DNA of 64,000 nt. Source: an uncultured Solibacteraceae bacterium (GTDB lineage: Bacteria > Acidobacteriota > Vicinamibacteria > Vicinamibacterales > SCN-69-37). The notes under the pieces are model-generated. The model saw only the letters and a list, made by a program, of their open reading frames with translations. It was not told where the DNA came from and made no database searches. The stretch lies in contig CAYQRM010000112.1 of the NCBI GenBank assembly GCA_964419785.1, positions 5,927 to 69,926 on the forward strand. The letters run 5' to 3'. Shown in pieces: positions 9,884 to 18,701 of the stretch. The stretch's first letter is position 1. The number at the start of each line of letters is the position of its first letter. A program made the translations under genes and the position numbers.

Positions 9884-11552
9884 TCGCGGGCTCTCCGGTC
9901 ATCTTATCGTTGCGATTCTCTGCGTCACAACCGCGGGGGTCGGCGTCCGCGCGTTTCAAACGGGTCAGGTCGGCGAATCGGCGACATTCAACATCGTGCT
10001 GCGCGGCACGCGCGTCGGCTTCGAGACGGTCTCCATCACCTCGTCGGCCGGCGGCTATGAGATCTCATCGTCGGGCCGGCAGGTTGCGCCCGTCGATCTC
10101 ATCACGTCGAAGTTCGACGTCGTCTACGCCACGGACTGGCAGCCGCAGAAGCTCACGATCGAAGGCATCCTCAAGGGCCAACTCATCACGCTCTCCGCGA
10201 CGTTCAACCTGACGACGGTGACGGTCGACATGATGCAGGCGGGCCAAAAGGGCTCCGTGCTGCAGGACATCACGCCGCGCACTATTGTTCTGCCGAACAA
10301 CTTCTACGCAGCGTACGAAGCGCTCGCGATGCGGCTCGGGGCGGCCACGCCCGGCTCTCGCTTTCCGATCTACGTCGCCCCGCAGGCGGAAATCACGGCG
10401 ACCGTCGACCGCATCACCGACCGGCGCTTTTCGACGCCGACCGGGCCGATCGACCTGAAGCAAGTCGACCTGACATTTGCAGACTCGCCGCAGCCGCTGG
10501 CAGTCGAGATGTGGATCGATACGCACAGCCGGCTGGCGCGGCTGTCGATCCCCGCGCAATCGCTGGTCGTGCTGCGCGACGATTTGTCGTCGGTGATGAC
10601 GCGCGAGGAACTCGTGCGCAATATCGGCGATACGACGCTCTTCATTCCGGCCAACGGCTTCAATCTCGGCGCCACGGTCACGACACCGACGACCGCCGTG
10701 CCAAAAGCTCCGGCCGTTGTCTTGGTGGGCGCGTCGGGTCAGCAGGATCGTGAGGAGGCCGTCGCCGGCCTCCCGGTGTTCGGCCAGATTGCCGGCGCGC
10801 TGTCGAATGCCGGCTTCCTCGTCGTGCGATACGACAAGCGCGGCAGCGGTCAAAGCGGCGGTCGCATCGAGGGCGCCACGCTCGCCGACTACGCCGACGA
10901 CGTCGTCACGGTGGTGAAGTATCTGCGCGATCGTAAAGACGTCGACGATAACCGCATTGCCGTCGTCGGATACGGCGATGGCGGCGCCGTGGCGTTGCTC
11001 GCAGCCGACCGCGAAAAGCGCATCAAAGCGATCGCGCTGCTCGAAGCCGGCGGCTTCACCGGCCGCGAGATCACGCTCGAGCAACAGCGGCACGCGCTCG
11101 ATCAATTGAAGACGACTGATGCTGACCGGCAGGCGAAAATCGCCATGCAGACCCAGATCGTCGACGCGACCATCAAAGGCGACGGCTGGACTGGCGTGCC
11201 CGACGACGTGCGGAAGCAGGCCGACACGCCTTACTTCAAGAGCTGGCTGCTCTTCGATCCGGCGAGCGTGATCAAGCGCCTCGATCAGCCGCTGCTCATC
11301 GTCCAGGGCGAGCGGGACAGAGAATTCCCGGTCGCGAACGCGGATCGACTCGAAACGCTCTCACGCGCGCGCACGAAGCTGCCGGCCACGGCGACGAGCA
11401 AGGTGATCGTGCCCGGCATCAATCACCGACTCGTCCCGGCCACGACCGGCGAGATCAGTGAGTACGATTCGCTCAAGAGTCAGACGGTCGCGCCGCAGGT
11501 CACCGACGCGGTGATCAACTGGCTGCGCGGCGTGTTCGCGCCGAAAAAGTAA
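9873..11552 (+). CDS. secreted alpha/beta-hydrolase-fold protein with N-terminal beta-rich domain; nucleophile Ser replaced by Gly
   Basis: 559 aa with a signal-like N-terminus. The C-terminal half has the hydrolase pattern VVLVGASG...RYDKRGSGQS...VVGYGDGG...IVQGERDREF...INHRL. The usual GHSxGG elbow reads GYGDGG. Confidence 0.7.
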   Translation: MRVTRGLSGHLIVAILCVTTAGVGVRAFQTGQVGESATFNIVLRGTRVGFETVSITSSAGGYEISSSGRQVAPVDLITSKFDVVYATDWQPQKLTIEGILKGQLITLSATFNLTTVTVDMMQAGQKGSVLQDITPRTIVLPNNFYAAYEALAMRLGAATPGSRFPIYVAPQAEITATVDRITDRRFSTPTGPIDLKQVDLTFADSPQPLAVEMWIDTHSRLARLSIPAQSLVVLRDDLSSVMTREELVRNIGDTTLFIPANGFNLGATVTTPTTAVPKAPAVVLVGASGQQDREEAVAGLPVFGQIAGALSNAGFLVVRYDKRGSGQSGGRIEGATLADYADDVVTVVKYLRDRKDVDDNRIAVVGYGDGGAVALLAADREKRIKAIALLEAGGFTGREITLEQQRHALDQLKTTDADRQAKIAMQTQIVDATIKGDGWTGVPDDVRKQADTPYFKSWLLFDPASVIKRLDQPLLIVQGERDREFPVANADRLETLSRARTKLPATATSKVIVPGINHRLVPATTGEISEYDSLKSQTVAPQVTDAVINWLRGVFAPKK

Positions 11553-11608
11553 GCGGCCGCCGGGCTCGAGATGTACTACACTCTTGGCCGCCCGGGTACG
11601 GGCTCCCT

Positions 11609-11902
11609 ATGCCTGGCTGGATCCTCGAGAGCGGCGAGCCACCACTGACACTGCGGCTGCCGTCGGGCGCGATCAAGACGCTCGGTCGTACGGCGCGCGC
11701 GGATTTCATCGTCGACGCCGCGCTCGTCTCGCGCCTTCACTGCCGGCTCACCGCCGATCGATCCGATCAGCTCGTCGTCGAAGACCTCGAGAGCACGAAC
11801 GGCACGCTCGTCAACGGCCGCAAGATCGATCGCGCGGTGCTGAAGATCGGTGACCGGCTGCAGGTTGGCCGCGTCGCGTTCGAAGTCCGCGCTTCCGAAT
11901 AG
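11609..11902 (+). CDS. stand-alone FHA domain protein
   Basis: 97 aa. LGRTARADFIVDAALVSRLHCRL...STNGTLVNGRKI fits the FHA core (G-R...S-x-x-H...N-G). Confidence 0.8.
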   Translation: MPGWILESGEPPLTLRLPSGAIKTLGRTARADFIVDAALVSRLHCRLTADRSDQLVVEDLESTNGTLVNGRKIDRAVLKIGDRLQVGRVAFEVRASE

Positions 11903-11905
11903 CGC

Positions 11906-12544
11906 TCACGTCAAGAACGGATTCGTTCGGCGCTCCTCGCCGATCGTCGTGTCCGGACCGTGGCCGGAGTGCACGATCGTCTCGTCGGGAAAGGCGAACA
12001 GCACGCGGTGGATCGATTCCATGAGCGTGTCGTAGTCGCCGCCCGGAAGATCGGTGCGCCCGATCGAACCCGCAAACAGCGTGTCGCCAACGAACAGCTC
12101 GCGCAGGGCCTCGGACGGACGGCCGATTGCAAGACAGACGCCGCCAGGACAGTGGCCAGGCGTCGGCAGCACGTCGACGATGTACTCGCCGAAGCGCAGC
12201 GGCGTTCCCGGACTGTAGAAAGCGTCGACGGGCGGCTGGGGCGCCACGGTGAGGCCGAACATCCGCCCCTGTTCGACGACCCCGTCATACAGCGGCAGGT
12301 CCGCGCGGTCGAGCCAGACCGACGCGCCGAGCCCAGCCTTGGCACGTGCGACCCCGGTGATGTGATCGAGATGCGCGTGCGTCAGCAAGATCGCGCCCAC
12401 GTTGAGCCGATCCTCGCGCGCCGCCTTCAGCAACTGGTCGACCTCATCGCCGGGATCGATGAGTACCGCCTCTCGGGTCGTCTCGCACGAGACCAGGTAA
12501 CCGTTCTTGAAGAATGGTTCGACGGCCGCGCATCGAATTCGCAT
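11906..12544 (-). CDS. MBL-fold metallo-hydrolase (glyoxalase II-like)
   Basis: 212 aa. THAHLDHITG (HxHxDH), later TPGHCPG and HSGHG. Confidence 0.8.
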   Translation of the reverse strand: MRIRCAAVEPFFKNGYLVSCETTREAVLIDPGDEVDQLLKAAREDRLNVGAILLTHAHLDHITGVARAKAGLGASVWLDRADLPLYDGVVEQGRMFGLTVAPQPPVDAFYSPGTPLRFGEYIVDVLPTPGHCPGGVCLAIGRPSEALRELFVGDTLFAGSIGRTDLPGGDYDTLMESIHRVLFAFPDETIVHSGHGPDTTIGEERRTNPFLT

Positions 12545-12596
12545 CGCCCAATCGTCGCATAACGGAGCTCGGCGTCGGGACGGCTATGATGACGCG

Positions 12597-13568
12597 ATGA
12601 CGCGAGACGCCGATGCACCGACGATTGACGATGTGCGGCGTGCGGCAGCGCGAATCCGCGGCGCGGCGTGGCGGACGCCGCTGCTTCGCTCGGACTGGCT
12701 GTCGGACGTTGCGAGGGCCGCTGTCTGGCTGAAGCTCGAAACCGTGCAGACGACGGGCGCGTTCAAGATTCGCGGTGCGGAGAACGCGATCGCGCGTATC
12801 GCTGCCGACCGGCCGCATGTGCGCCGGATTCTCACGGCCTCGGCGGGTAATCACGGACGAGCGATTGCGCTGGCCGCGAATCGGGCGCGGCTGGCCGCGC
12901 GCATCTACGTCCCGGCGAGCGCGCCCAGCGCCAAGAAGGACGCTATCAAACGGCTTGGCGCCGAAATCGTCGAGACATCGTCGTACGACGAAGCGGAGAG
13001 GCTGGCGCACGGTGAGGCGGGCCGCGGCGATACGGCGTTCGTGTCGGCGTACAGCCACCCGGACGTCATTGCCGGCGCTGGAACCATCGCGCTCGAGATG
13101 CTCGAGGACGAGCCGTCGCTCGACACGATCATCGTGCCGCTCGGCGGCGGCGGTTTGCTGTCCGGCACGGCTGTCGTCGCGCGCGCCAGCGATACGGACG
13201 TTCAAGTGATTGGCGCTGAGGTCGAGGCATCCCAGGTGTTTACGGCTTCGCTCGCCGCCGGCCGCATCACCAAAGTCACGGTGCTGCCGTCGCTCGCGGA
13301 CGGACTGACGGGCAACATGGAGCCCGATAGCCGGACGTTTGAGCTGGTGCGCGCGCTTGTGAATCGCGTCGCGGTCGTGGCGGAAGACCCGCTGGCGCGG
13401 GCGATGCGAGAGCTCATCCGGCGAGAGCGGCTGATCGTCGAGGGCGCGGGGGCTGCTGGCGTCGCCGCGGTGCTCGCGGGCGGACTCGATCTGTCGGGCC
13501 GGCGCGTCGGCATCGTGCTGACCGGCCGCAACGTTGATCCGGATGTCGTCGCGCGAGTGCTGAACTAG
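12597..13568 (+). CDS. PLP-dependent threonine/serine dehydratase (fold type II, no ACT domain)
   Basis: LETVQTTGAFKIRGA PLP-lysine motif, SAGNHGRA, GGGGLLSG. I place the start at Met 12597 (MTRDADAPTIDDV) rather than at the upstream ORF start 12507. Confidence 0.8.
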   Translation: MTRDADAPTIDDVRRAAARIRGAAWRTPLLRSDWLSDVARAAVWLKLETVQTTGAFKIRGAENAIARIAADRPHVRRILTASAGNHGRAIALAANRARLAARIYVPASAPSAKKDAIKRLGAEIVETSSYDEAERLAHGEAGRGDTAFVSAYSHPDVIAGAGTIALEMLEDEPSLDTIIVPLGGGGLLSGTAVVARASDTDVQVIGAEVEASQVFTASLAAGRITKVTVLPSLADGLTGNMEPDSRTFELVRALVNRVAVVAEDPLARAMRELIRRERLIVEGAGAAGVAAVLAGGLDLSGRRVGIVLTGRNVDPDVVARVLN

Positions 13569-14278
13569 CTTTTCTTCGGCTGCGCCGGACGAATCTCGAT
13601 CTTGCTCGGCAGGCTCCGCTTCGGATGCCGCAGCAGGTCTACGACGACCTCCGCGATATCGTCGGCCGCGAGCTTCCAGTCATCGTCCTGTGTGAGCTTG
13701 TGGCCATTGAACTCGGTTGCGACCGAGCCGGGCATGATCACACTCACGCGAATGTTGTCGAAGCGCACTTCCTGCATCAGCGATTCGCTGAACGCGACGA
13801 GGCCGGCTTTCGACGCGCAGTACGCCGCGCCGCCGGGAAAATAGTTGCGGCCGGCGAGGCTCGCGATGTTGACGATCCACCCGCCGCCCGATTGCTTCAT
13901 CGCCGGAATGGCCGCACGCGTGCAGTAGAAGACGCCGGTCAGGTTCGTGTCGATGATCTCGGACCAGCCGTCGTCGGTCATGGTGGCGACGTCAGCGAAC
14001 GCGCCCACCCCGGCGTTGTTCACGAGGAGATCGAGACCGCCGAAGCGGCGAACGGTGTCGGCGACGAGCGCTTCGACGGCCGATCGATCGCGCACGTCCA
14101 CGGCCGCGCCCGCGACGCTCGCCTTGTCGCGCGCGCCGGTTGACAGCGTGCGCACGGCTGCGTCGACGCTGGACTGACGGCGGCCGGTGATCATCGCGCT
14201 TCCACCCCCCGCGACGACCGCCTTCGCGATCGCAAAGCCAATTCCCTTCGTTCCGCCCGTCACGATGGCTCTAGACAC
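13565..14278 (-). CDS. SDR-family oxidoreductase
   Basis: TGGTKGIG Rossmann motif, NNAG, catalytic YCASKAG. Start is uncertain: GTG 14278 avoids overlap with the divergent gene, and ATG 14311 or 14326 are also possible. Confidence 0.8.
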   Translation of the reverse strand: MSRAIVTGGTKGIGFAIAKAVVAGGGSAMITGRRQSSVDAAVRTLSTGARDKASVAGAAVDVRDRSAVEALVADTVRRFGGLDLLVNNAGVGAFADVATMTDDGWSEIIDTNLTGVFYCTRAAIPAMKQSGGGWIVNIASLAGRNYFPGGAAYCASKAGLVAFSESLMQEVRFDNIRVSVIMPGSVATEFNGHKLTQDDDWKLAADDIAEVVVDLLRHPKRSLPSKIEIRPAQPKKS

Positions 14279-14303
14279 GTCACACCTCGCCTGCTCATAG
14301 AAT

Positions 14304-15068
14304 ATGCCCATGTCGTCGGTCGCCATTCTCGGCGCGGGCCCTATCGGCGCGGCGATCGCGCAGTGGATAACGGAGCGCGCACGATTTCGGGCGGTCCGCT
14401 TGATCGACGCGAACGCGAGCGTCGCCGCGGGCAAAGCGCTTGACCTCCGTCAATCCGGACCAATCGATGGCACGGACGTGGACGTCTCCGCGACGGCTGA
14501 CGTGCTGGCCGCGGTGGGCGCGAGCGTGATCGTGATCGCCGACGCCGTCGAAGGCGGCGAATGGCAGGGTGAAACGGGCCTTGCGCTGGTCCGCCAGTTG
14601 GTTCGAGTCGACGCGACTGCGCCGCTCGTGTTCGCCGGACCAAAGCAAATCGCGCTGATGGAGACGGTCTTCGCGGAGCTGAAGGTACCGGCGAAGCGCC
14701 TCGTTGCCACCGCCGCCTCGGCCATTCCGGGCGCTGTCCGAATGCTCGTCGGCGTCGAGCTGGGACGCTCGGGCCTCGATGTGGCCGTGACACTGACGGG
14801 GCGGCCGCCTCACTTCGCGATTGCCTGGTCCTCAGCGACCGTCGGCGGCGCGCCGCTGACCGAGCACGTTGGGCCTCATCGCACGCGCGCAATTTCCGAC
14901 GCGCTCAGCCGCCTCTGGCCGCCGGGCCCGCAAGCCATCGGCGCTGCCACGGCGCGGATCGCCGAAGCTCTCGCCTTCGGCTCCCGCTCGGTCCATCAAG
15001 CCATGGTGATCGGAGCCGAGGGTGCGACGATGGGGACGGGGCTTTTTTCCACAGATCCGGCCCCTTAG
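14304..15068 (+). CDS. malate/lactate dehydrogenase-like protein, truncated and lacking catalytic residues
   Basis: 254 aa. N-terminus AILGAGPIGAAIAQW...RLIDA...AGKALDL aligns to MDH/LDH. The substrate Arg loop (PRKPGMSRDDL) reads EGGEWQGETGL and the GGHGD catalytic-His loop reads TGRPPHF. Confidence 0.6.
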   Translation: MPMSSVAILGAGPIGAAIAQWITERARFRAVRLIDANASVAAGKALDLRQSGPIDGTDVDVSATADVLAAVGASVIVIADAVEGGEWQGETGLALVRQLVRVDATAPLVFAGPKQIALMETVFAELKVPAKRLVATAASAIPGAVRMLVGVELGRSGLDVAVTLTGRPPHFAIAWSSATVGGAPLTEHVGPHRTRAISDALSRLWPPGPQAIGAATARIAEALAFGSRSVHQAMVIGAEGATMGTGLFSTDPAP

Positions 15069-15781
15069 GAGCCGGAGGTCAAGGAATTCCGCAAAGTATT
15101 CCCGGTATCCTTTGCAAAAACTGCAGCGATCCCGGCGACAACTGCGTCCTCGACCTCGGACATCGGCAGCGTTCGCCCGACCAGACGATCGAGCGACGTG
15201 ACGCCGCGATCCGCGATTCCGCACGGGACGATGAGATTGAAGTTCTCGAGATCCGTGGACACGTTCAACGCGAAGCCGTGGCTCGTGATCCACCGGCTAA
15301 TGCGCACACCGATGGCCGCCAGCTTCGCCTCGCGTCCCGGCGGCCCCACCCAGACACCCGTGAGCCCGGCGACGCGGCCGGCGACGACGCCAAACGGCTT
15401 GACCGCGATGATCAACGCTTCCTCAAGGTCGCGCACGTACTGATGCACGTCGCAGCGATCCGGCCGGAGGTCGAAGATCGGATAGCCGACGAGCTGGCCC
15501 GGACCATGGTACGTGACGTCGCCGCCGCGGCCCGTCTCGACGACGGTCACGCCGCGCTCTCGCAGCTCCTCGGCGGAGGCGATGATGTTCGTTGCTCCGC
15601 CTCGCGTGCGAACGCCAAGCGTGATCACCGGAGGATGTTCGAGCAGGAGCAGCGTGTCGCCAATTCGGCCTGCGCGACGATCTTCGACGAGCTCCTGCTG
15701 CAGCGCGAGGCCCGCATCGTACCCCACGCGGCCCAGGCGACGAACGTCGAGCTCGCGGGCCACGGCAGGTGCTACAGCCAC
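15065..15781 (-). CDS. lipB: lipoyl(octanoyl) transferase
   Basis: LLLLEHPPVITLG, ETGRGGDVTYHGPGQLVGYP, AAIGVRISRWITSHGFALNV. GTG 15781 overlaps the E2 stop. The last ~17 aa (AKDTGNTLRNSLTSGS) are encoded by a repeat element. 3' end overlaps the convergent MDH-like ORF by 4 nt. Confidence 0.85.
   Translation of the reverse strand: MAVAPAVARELDVRRLGRVGYDAGLALQQELVEDRRAGRIGDTLLLLEHPPVITLGVRTRGGATNIIASAEELRERGVTVVETGRGGDVTYHGPGQLVGYPIFDLRPDRCDVHQYVRDLEEALIIAVKPFGVVAGRVAGLTGVWVGPPGREAKLAAIGVRISRWITSHGFALNVSTDLENFNLIVPCGIADRGVTSLDRLVGRTLPMSEVEDAVVAGIAAVFAKDTGNTLRNSLTSGS
15091..15115. repeat. copy of the 25-nt quasi-palindromic GAAAAG..CCGGGAATACTTTTC motif family
   Basis: gcaaagtattcccggtatcctttgc. 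Flanks are changed in a complementary way (gcaaag...ctttgc) relative to the other copies (gaaaag...cttttc). Confidence 0.75.
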
Positions 15782-17178
15782 GACTCGTCGAAGCTCTGCA
15801 GTCGATCCTTCAGCGCCTGCAGGAACCGTCCCGCATCCGCGCCATCGATCAATCGGTGGTCGTAGCCGAGCGTGAGGTAGCACATCGGCCGCACGGCGAT
15901 CATGTCATCGACGACGACGACGCGCTTGTCGATGCTGCCGACGCCGAGGATCGCCACCTGCGGCTGGCTGATGATCGGCAGCCCAAACACCGCGCCAAAA
16001 ATACCGGGGTTGGTGATCGTGAACGTCCCGCCCTGCACTTCCTCGGGCTTGAGTTGCTTGCTGCGGGCGCGCGCCGCCAGATCCTGAATCGCGCGGCACA
16101 GCCCGAGCATGTTGCGCTCGTCCGCGTTGCGAATCACGGGCACGATCAAGCCTTGATCGAGCGCGACGGCGATGCCGAGATTGATGTCGCGCTTGTAGAC
16201 GATGTTCTCGCCATCGAGCGATGCGTTCGAGAACGGAAACTGCCGAATCGTATCGACAGTCGCCTTCGCGATGAACGCCGTGTACGTCAGCTTCGCGCCC
16301 GCTGCCTCGTACTCGGCCTTCTTCTTCAGCCGGATCTCGTCGATGCGGCCGAAGTCCACCTCGTACGCCGAGTACACGTGCGGCGACGTGTGCACGCTCA
16401 TCACCATGTGCTCGGCGATCTTCTTGCGGATGATGCCCATCTTCTCGATGCGCACGTTCTCGCCGGGCTGGAAGGCAAGCGGCGGCGCGATGGGCGCAAC
16501 AGGCGCGCGCGCAACGGCTGGAGCCGCAGCCTTCGCCATCGGCTTCGCACCGCTTTCGACGACGGCGAGAATGTCCTTCTTCGTCACGCGTCCCGAAATG
16601 CCGGTGCCGTGCAGCTGTGTGATGTCGATGTCGTGCGTCTCCGCAATTCTTCGCACGAGCGGTGACGAACGAGTGCGACGTAGATCGGCGAGCGTGGCCA
16701 CCGGAGAGACGGGCACGTCGGGCACGTCGGGTACGTCGGGTACGCCGGGTACGCCGGGTACGCCGGGTACGCCGGGTACGCCGGGTACGCCGGGTACGCC
16801 GGGTACGCCGGGTACAACAGGTACGACAGGTACGTCAGGTCCTCGGTGGCGGCTCTCTTCGCTCGCCGCATCCTTGGTTTGAGTTGAAGCGGCTGACGGC
16901 GGAGTCGCGTTCCGCGGATCCGTCGCCGGCTTCTCTCCCGCCGCGCCAATCACTGCGACGACGCTGTTGACGGGAACGGTCTCGCCCTCCTTCACGCGGA
17001 TCTCGAGCAACACGCCCGTGCCAGGCGCGGGAATCTCGGCGTCAACCTTGTCAGTCGAGATTTCGAAGAGCGGCTCGTCCTTGTCGATCGCGTCGCCGAC
17101 CTTCTTGATCCAGCGCACGATTGTGCCCTCAGCGATCGACTCGCCCATCTGGGGCATCACGACATCAGTAGCCATCAA
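15772..17178 (-). CDS. 2-oxoacid dehydrogenase E2 (dihydrolipoamide acyltransferase), single lipoyl domain
   Basis: 468 aa. Lipoyl domain (EISTDKVDAEIPAP), subunit-binding domain (SPLVRRIAETHDIDITQLHGTGISGRVTKKD), catalytic DHRLIDGA. Substrate specificity cannot be assigned because no E1 is present. Confidence 0.85.
   Translation of the reverse strand: MMATDVVMPQMGESIAEGTIVRWIKKVGDAIDKDEPLFEISTDKVDAEIPAPGTGVLLEIRVKEGETVPVNSVVAVIGAAGEKPATDPRNATPPSAASTQTKDAASEESRHRGPDVPVVPVVPGVPGVPGVPGVPGVPGVPGVPGVPDVPDVPDVPVSPVATLADLRRTRSSPLVRRIAETHDIDITQLHGTGISGRVTKKDILAVVESGAKPMAKAAAPAVARAPVAPIAPPLAFQPGENVRIEKMGIIRKKIAEHMVMSVHTSPHVYSAYEVDFGRIDEIRLKKKAEYEAAGAKLTYTAFIAKATVDTIRQFPFSNASLDGENIVYKRDINLGIAVALDQGLIVPVIRNADERNMLGLCRAIQDLAARARSKQLKPEEVQGGTFTITNPGIFGAVFGLPIISQPQVAILGVGSIDKRVVVVDDMIAVRPMCYLTLGYDHRLIDGADAGRFLQALKDRLQSFDESWL
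16711..16836. repeat. 9-bp in-frame tandem repeat (14 units, 8 identical) inside the E2 inter-domain linker
   Basis: gggcacgtc x2, gggtacgtc, gggtacgcc x8 (16738-16809), then gggtacaac, aggtacgac, aggtacgtc. Encodes VPVVPVVPGVPGVPGVPGVPGVPGVPGVPGVPDVPDVPDVPV on the minus strand. Confidence 0.95.
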
Positions 17179-17192
17179 GCGCTCCTGTCAGT

Positions 17193-17262
17193 CCCTGGGC
17201 CCCGGGGCCCAAGGCTAAAGCTCAACTCCGATTCTGGGGCCTGGGCCTGCTCCCTGGGGGCC
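17193..17262. repeat. intergenic REP-like element (GGCCCAAGG...AGCTCAA...CTGGGGCCTGGGCCT family)
   Basis: Between the lpdA stop and the E2 start. Shares ordered blocks with 57195-57270. Confidence 0.6.
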
Positions 17263-18690
17263 TCAGATATGAATCGCCGCACCGTGCGCCGCGTGCGCCG
17301 CCTCCCCCACCGCTTCCGACATTGTTGGATGCGCGTGGATGGTGCGGATCAATTCTTCGACCGTCGATTCGAGCCGAAGAGCCACGGTGGCCTCGGCGAC
17401 GAGCTCGGTAGCGCGCAGACCAATCATGTGCACGCCGAGCAGCTCGTCGTACTTCTTCTCGGCGACAATCTTCACGAACCCCTCGGTCTCGTTGGCCATC
17501 TTCGCGCGTCCAAGGACGCCGAACGGAAACGTCCCGATACGCACGTCGTAGCCGCGATCGATCGCTTGGCTCTCCGTCAACCCGACGCTGGCGATTTCCG
17601 GATCGCAGTACGTGCCCGCCGGCACATGGTCGTAGTTGATCGGCTGCACGTCGCGTCCGGCGATTCGTTCGGCGAGCACAATGCCCTCGGCCGACGACAA
17701 ATGCGCGAGCTGCGCGTGCGCGCCGGTGCCCATCGTGATCACGTCGCCGATCGCGGAGATACCCGGCACGCCGGTGCGAAACAGGTTATCCACCTTGACG
17801 TACCCGCGCTCGAGCGTGAGGCCCACCTCGGCCGCACCAAGCCCGTCGGTCACCGGCCCGCGGCCCGTCGCGACGAGCAGCTTCTCGACCGTCATCGTTT
17901 CGGTCTTGCCGTCTGTCGCCTGTAGCGCGATCGTCACCGCGCCGTTCTTGACGGTCGCCGACGTGACTTTCGTCGCGGTGTGGATCGCGATGCCGCGCTT
18001 GCGAAACGCCTTCTCCAGCTCGGCCGACACGGCCGCGTCTTCGTTTGGCACCAGCCGCGGCAGAAGCTCGATGAGCGTGACCTCGCTACCGAAGCGACGG
18101 AAGATCGACGCGAACTCGACACCGACCGCGCCGCTCCCCATGATCGCGATCGACTTCGGCACGGGCTCGAGATGGATGGCTTCGTCGCTCGTGATGATGT
18201 GCGTCTTGTCGATGTCGATCCCCGGCACGCTGCGCGGCTGCGATCCGGTCGCGACGATGATCTCCTTCGCTGCGATCGCGCGCGCGTCCGCTCCCGACAC
18301 TTCGACGCCGCCTTTGCCGATCAGCCGCGCGCTGCCTTTGATCCACGTGATCTTGTTCTTCTTGAAAAGAAATTCGACGCCCTTCGTGAGGCCCGTGACG
18401 ATCTTGTCCTGACGCGCGTGCACGCGTGCCATGTCGATCGACGGCTGCGCGTCCTTCCCGAAGCTGATGCCCCAGGTTGACGCGGCTTCCTGCGCGATCT
18501 TGAACGCGTGCGCGTGCTCGAGCAGCGCCTTCGTCGGGATGCAGCCCCAGTTGAGACACGTGCCGCCGAGCGAGGTCGCTCGCTCGACGACCGCGACGCT
18601 CAAGCCGAGCTGCGCCGCGCGAATGGCGGCGACGTACCCGCCGGTACCGGCGCCGATCACGACCACGTCGTACTGGTTGGAGCTGGGCAC
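17263..18690 (-). CDS. lpdA: dihydrolipoyl dehydrogenase (E3)
   Basis: 475 aa. GAGTGGYVAAIRAAQLG, redox disulfide GGTCLNWGCIPTK, C-terminal HAHPTMSE. Confidence 0.9.
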   Translation of the reverse strand: MPSSNQYDVVVIGAGTGGYVAAIRAAQLGLSVAVVERATSLGGTCLNWGCIPTKALLEHAHAFKIAQEAASTWGISFGKDAQPSIDMARVHARQDKIVTGLTKGVEFLFKKNKITWIKGSARLIGKGGVEVSGADARAIAAKEIIVATGSQPRSVPGIDIDKTHIITSDEAIHLEPVPKSIAIMGSGAVGVEFASIFRRFGSEVTLIELLPRLVPNEDAAVSAELEKAFRKRGIAIHTATKVTSATVKNGAVTIALQATDGKTETMTVEKLLVATGRGPVTDGLGAAEVGLTLERGYVKVDNLFRTGVPGISAIGDVITMGTGAHAQLAHLSSAEGIVLAERIAGRDVQPINYDHVPAGTYCDPEIASVGLTESQAIDRGYDVRIGTFPFGVLGRAKMANETEGFVKIVAEKKYDELLGVHMIGLRATELVAEATVALRLESTVEELIRTIHAHPTMSEAVGEAAHAAHGAAIHI

Positions 18691-18701
18691 GCGGGCTTAC
18701 C

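Noticed and set aside
16711-16836. Tandem repeat array considered as a CRISPR or a minisatellite outside genes
   Set aside because: The unit is only 9 bp with no spacers, and it lies in frame inside the E2 linker. It is a coding VNTR, not a CRISPR.
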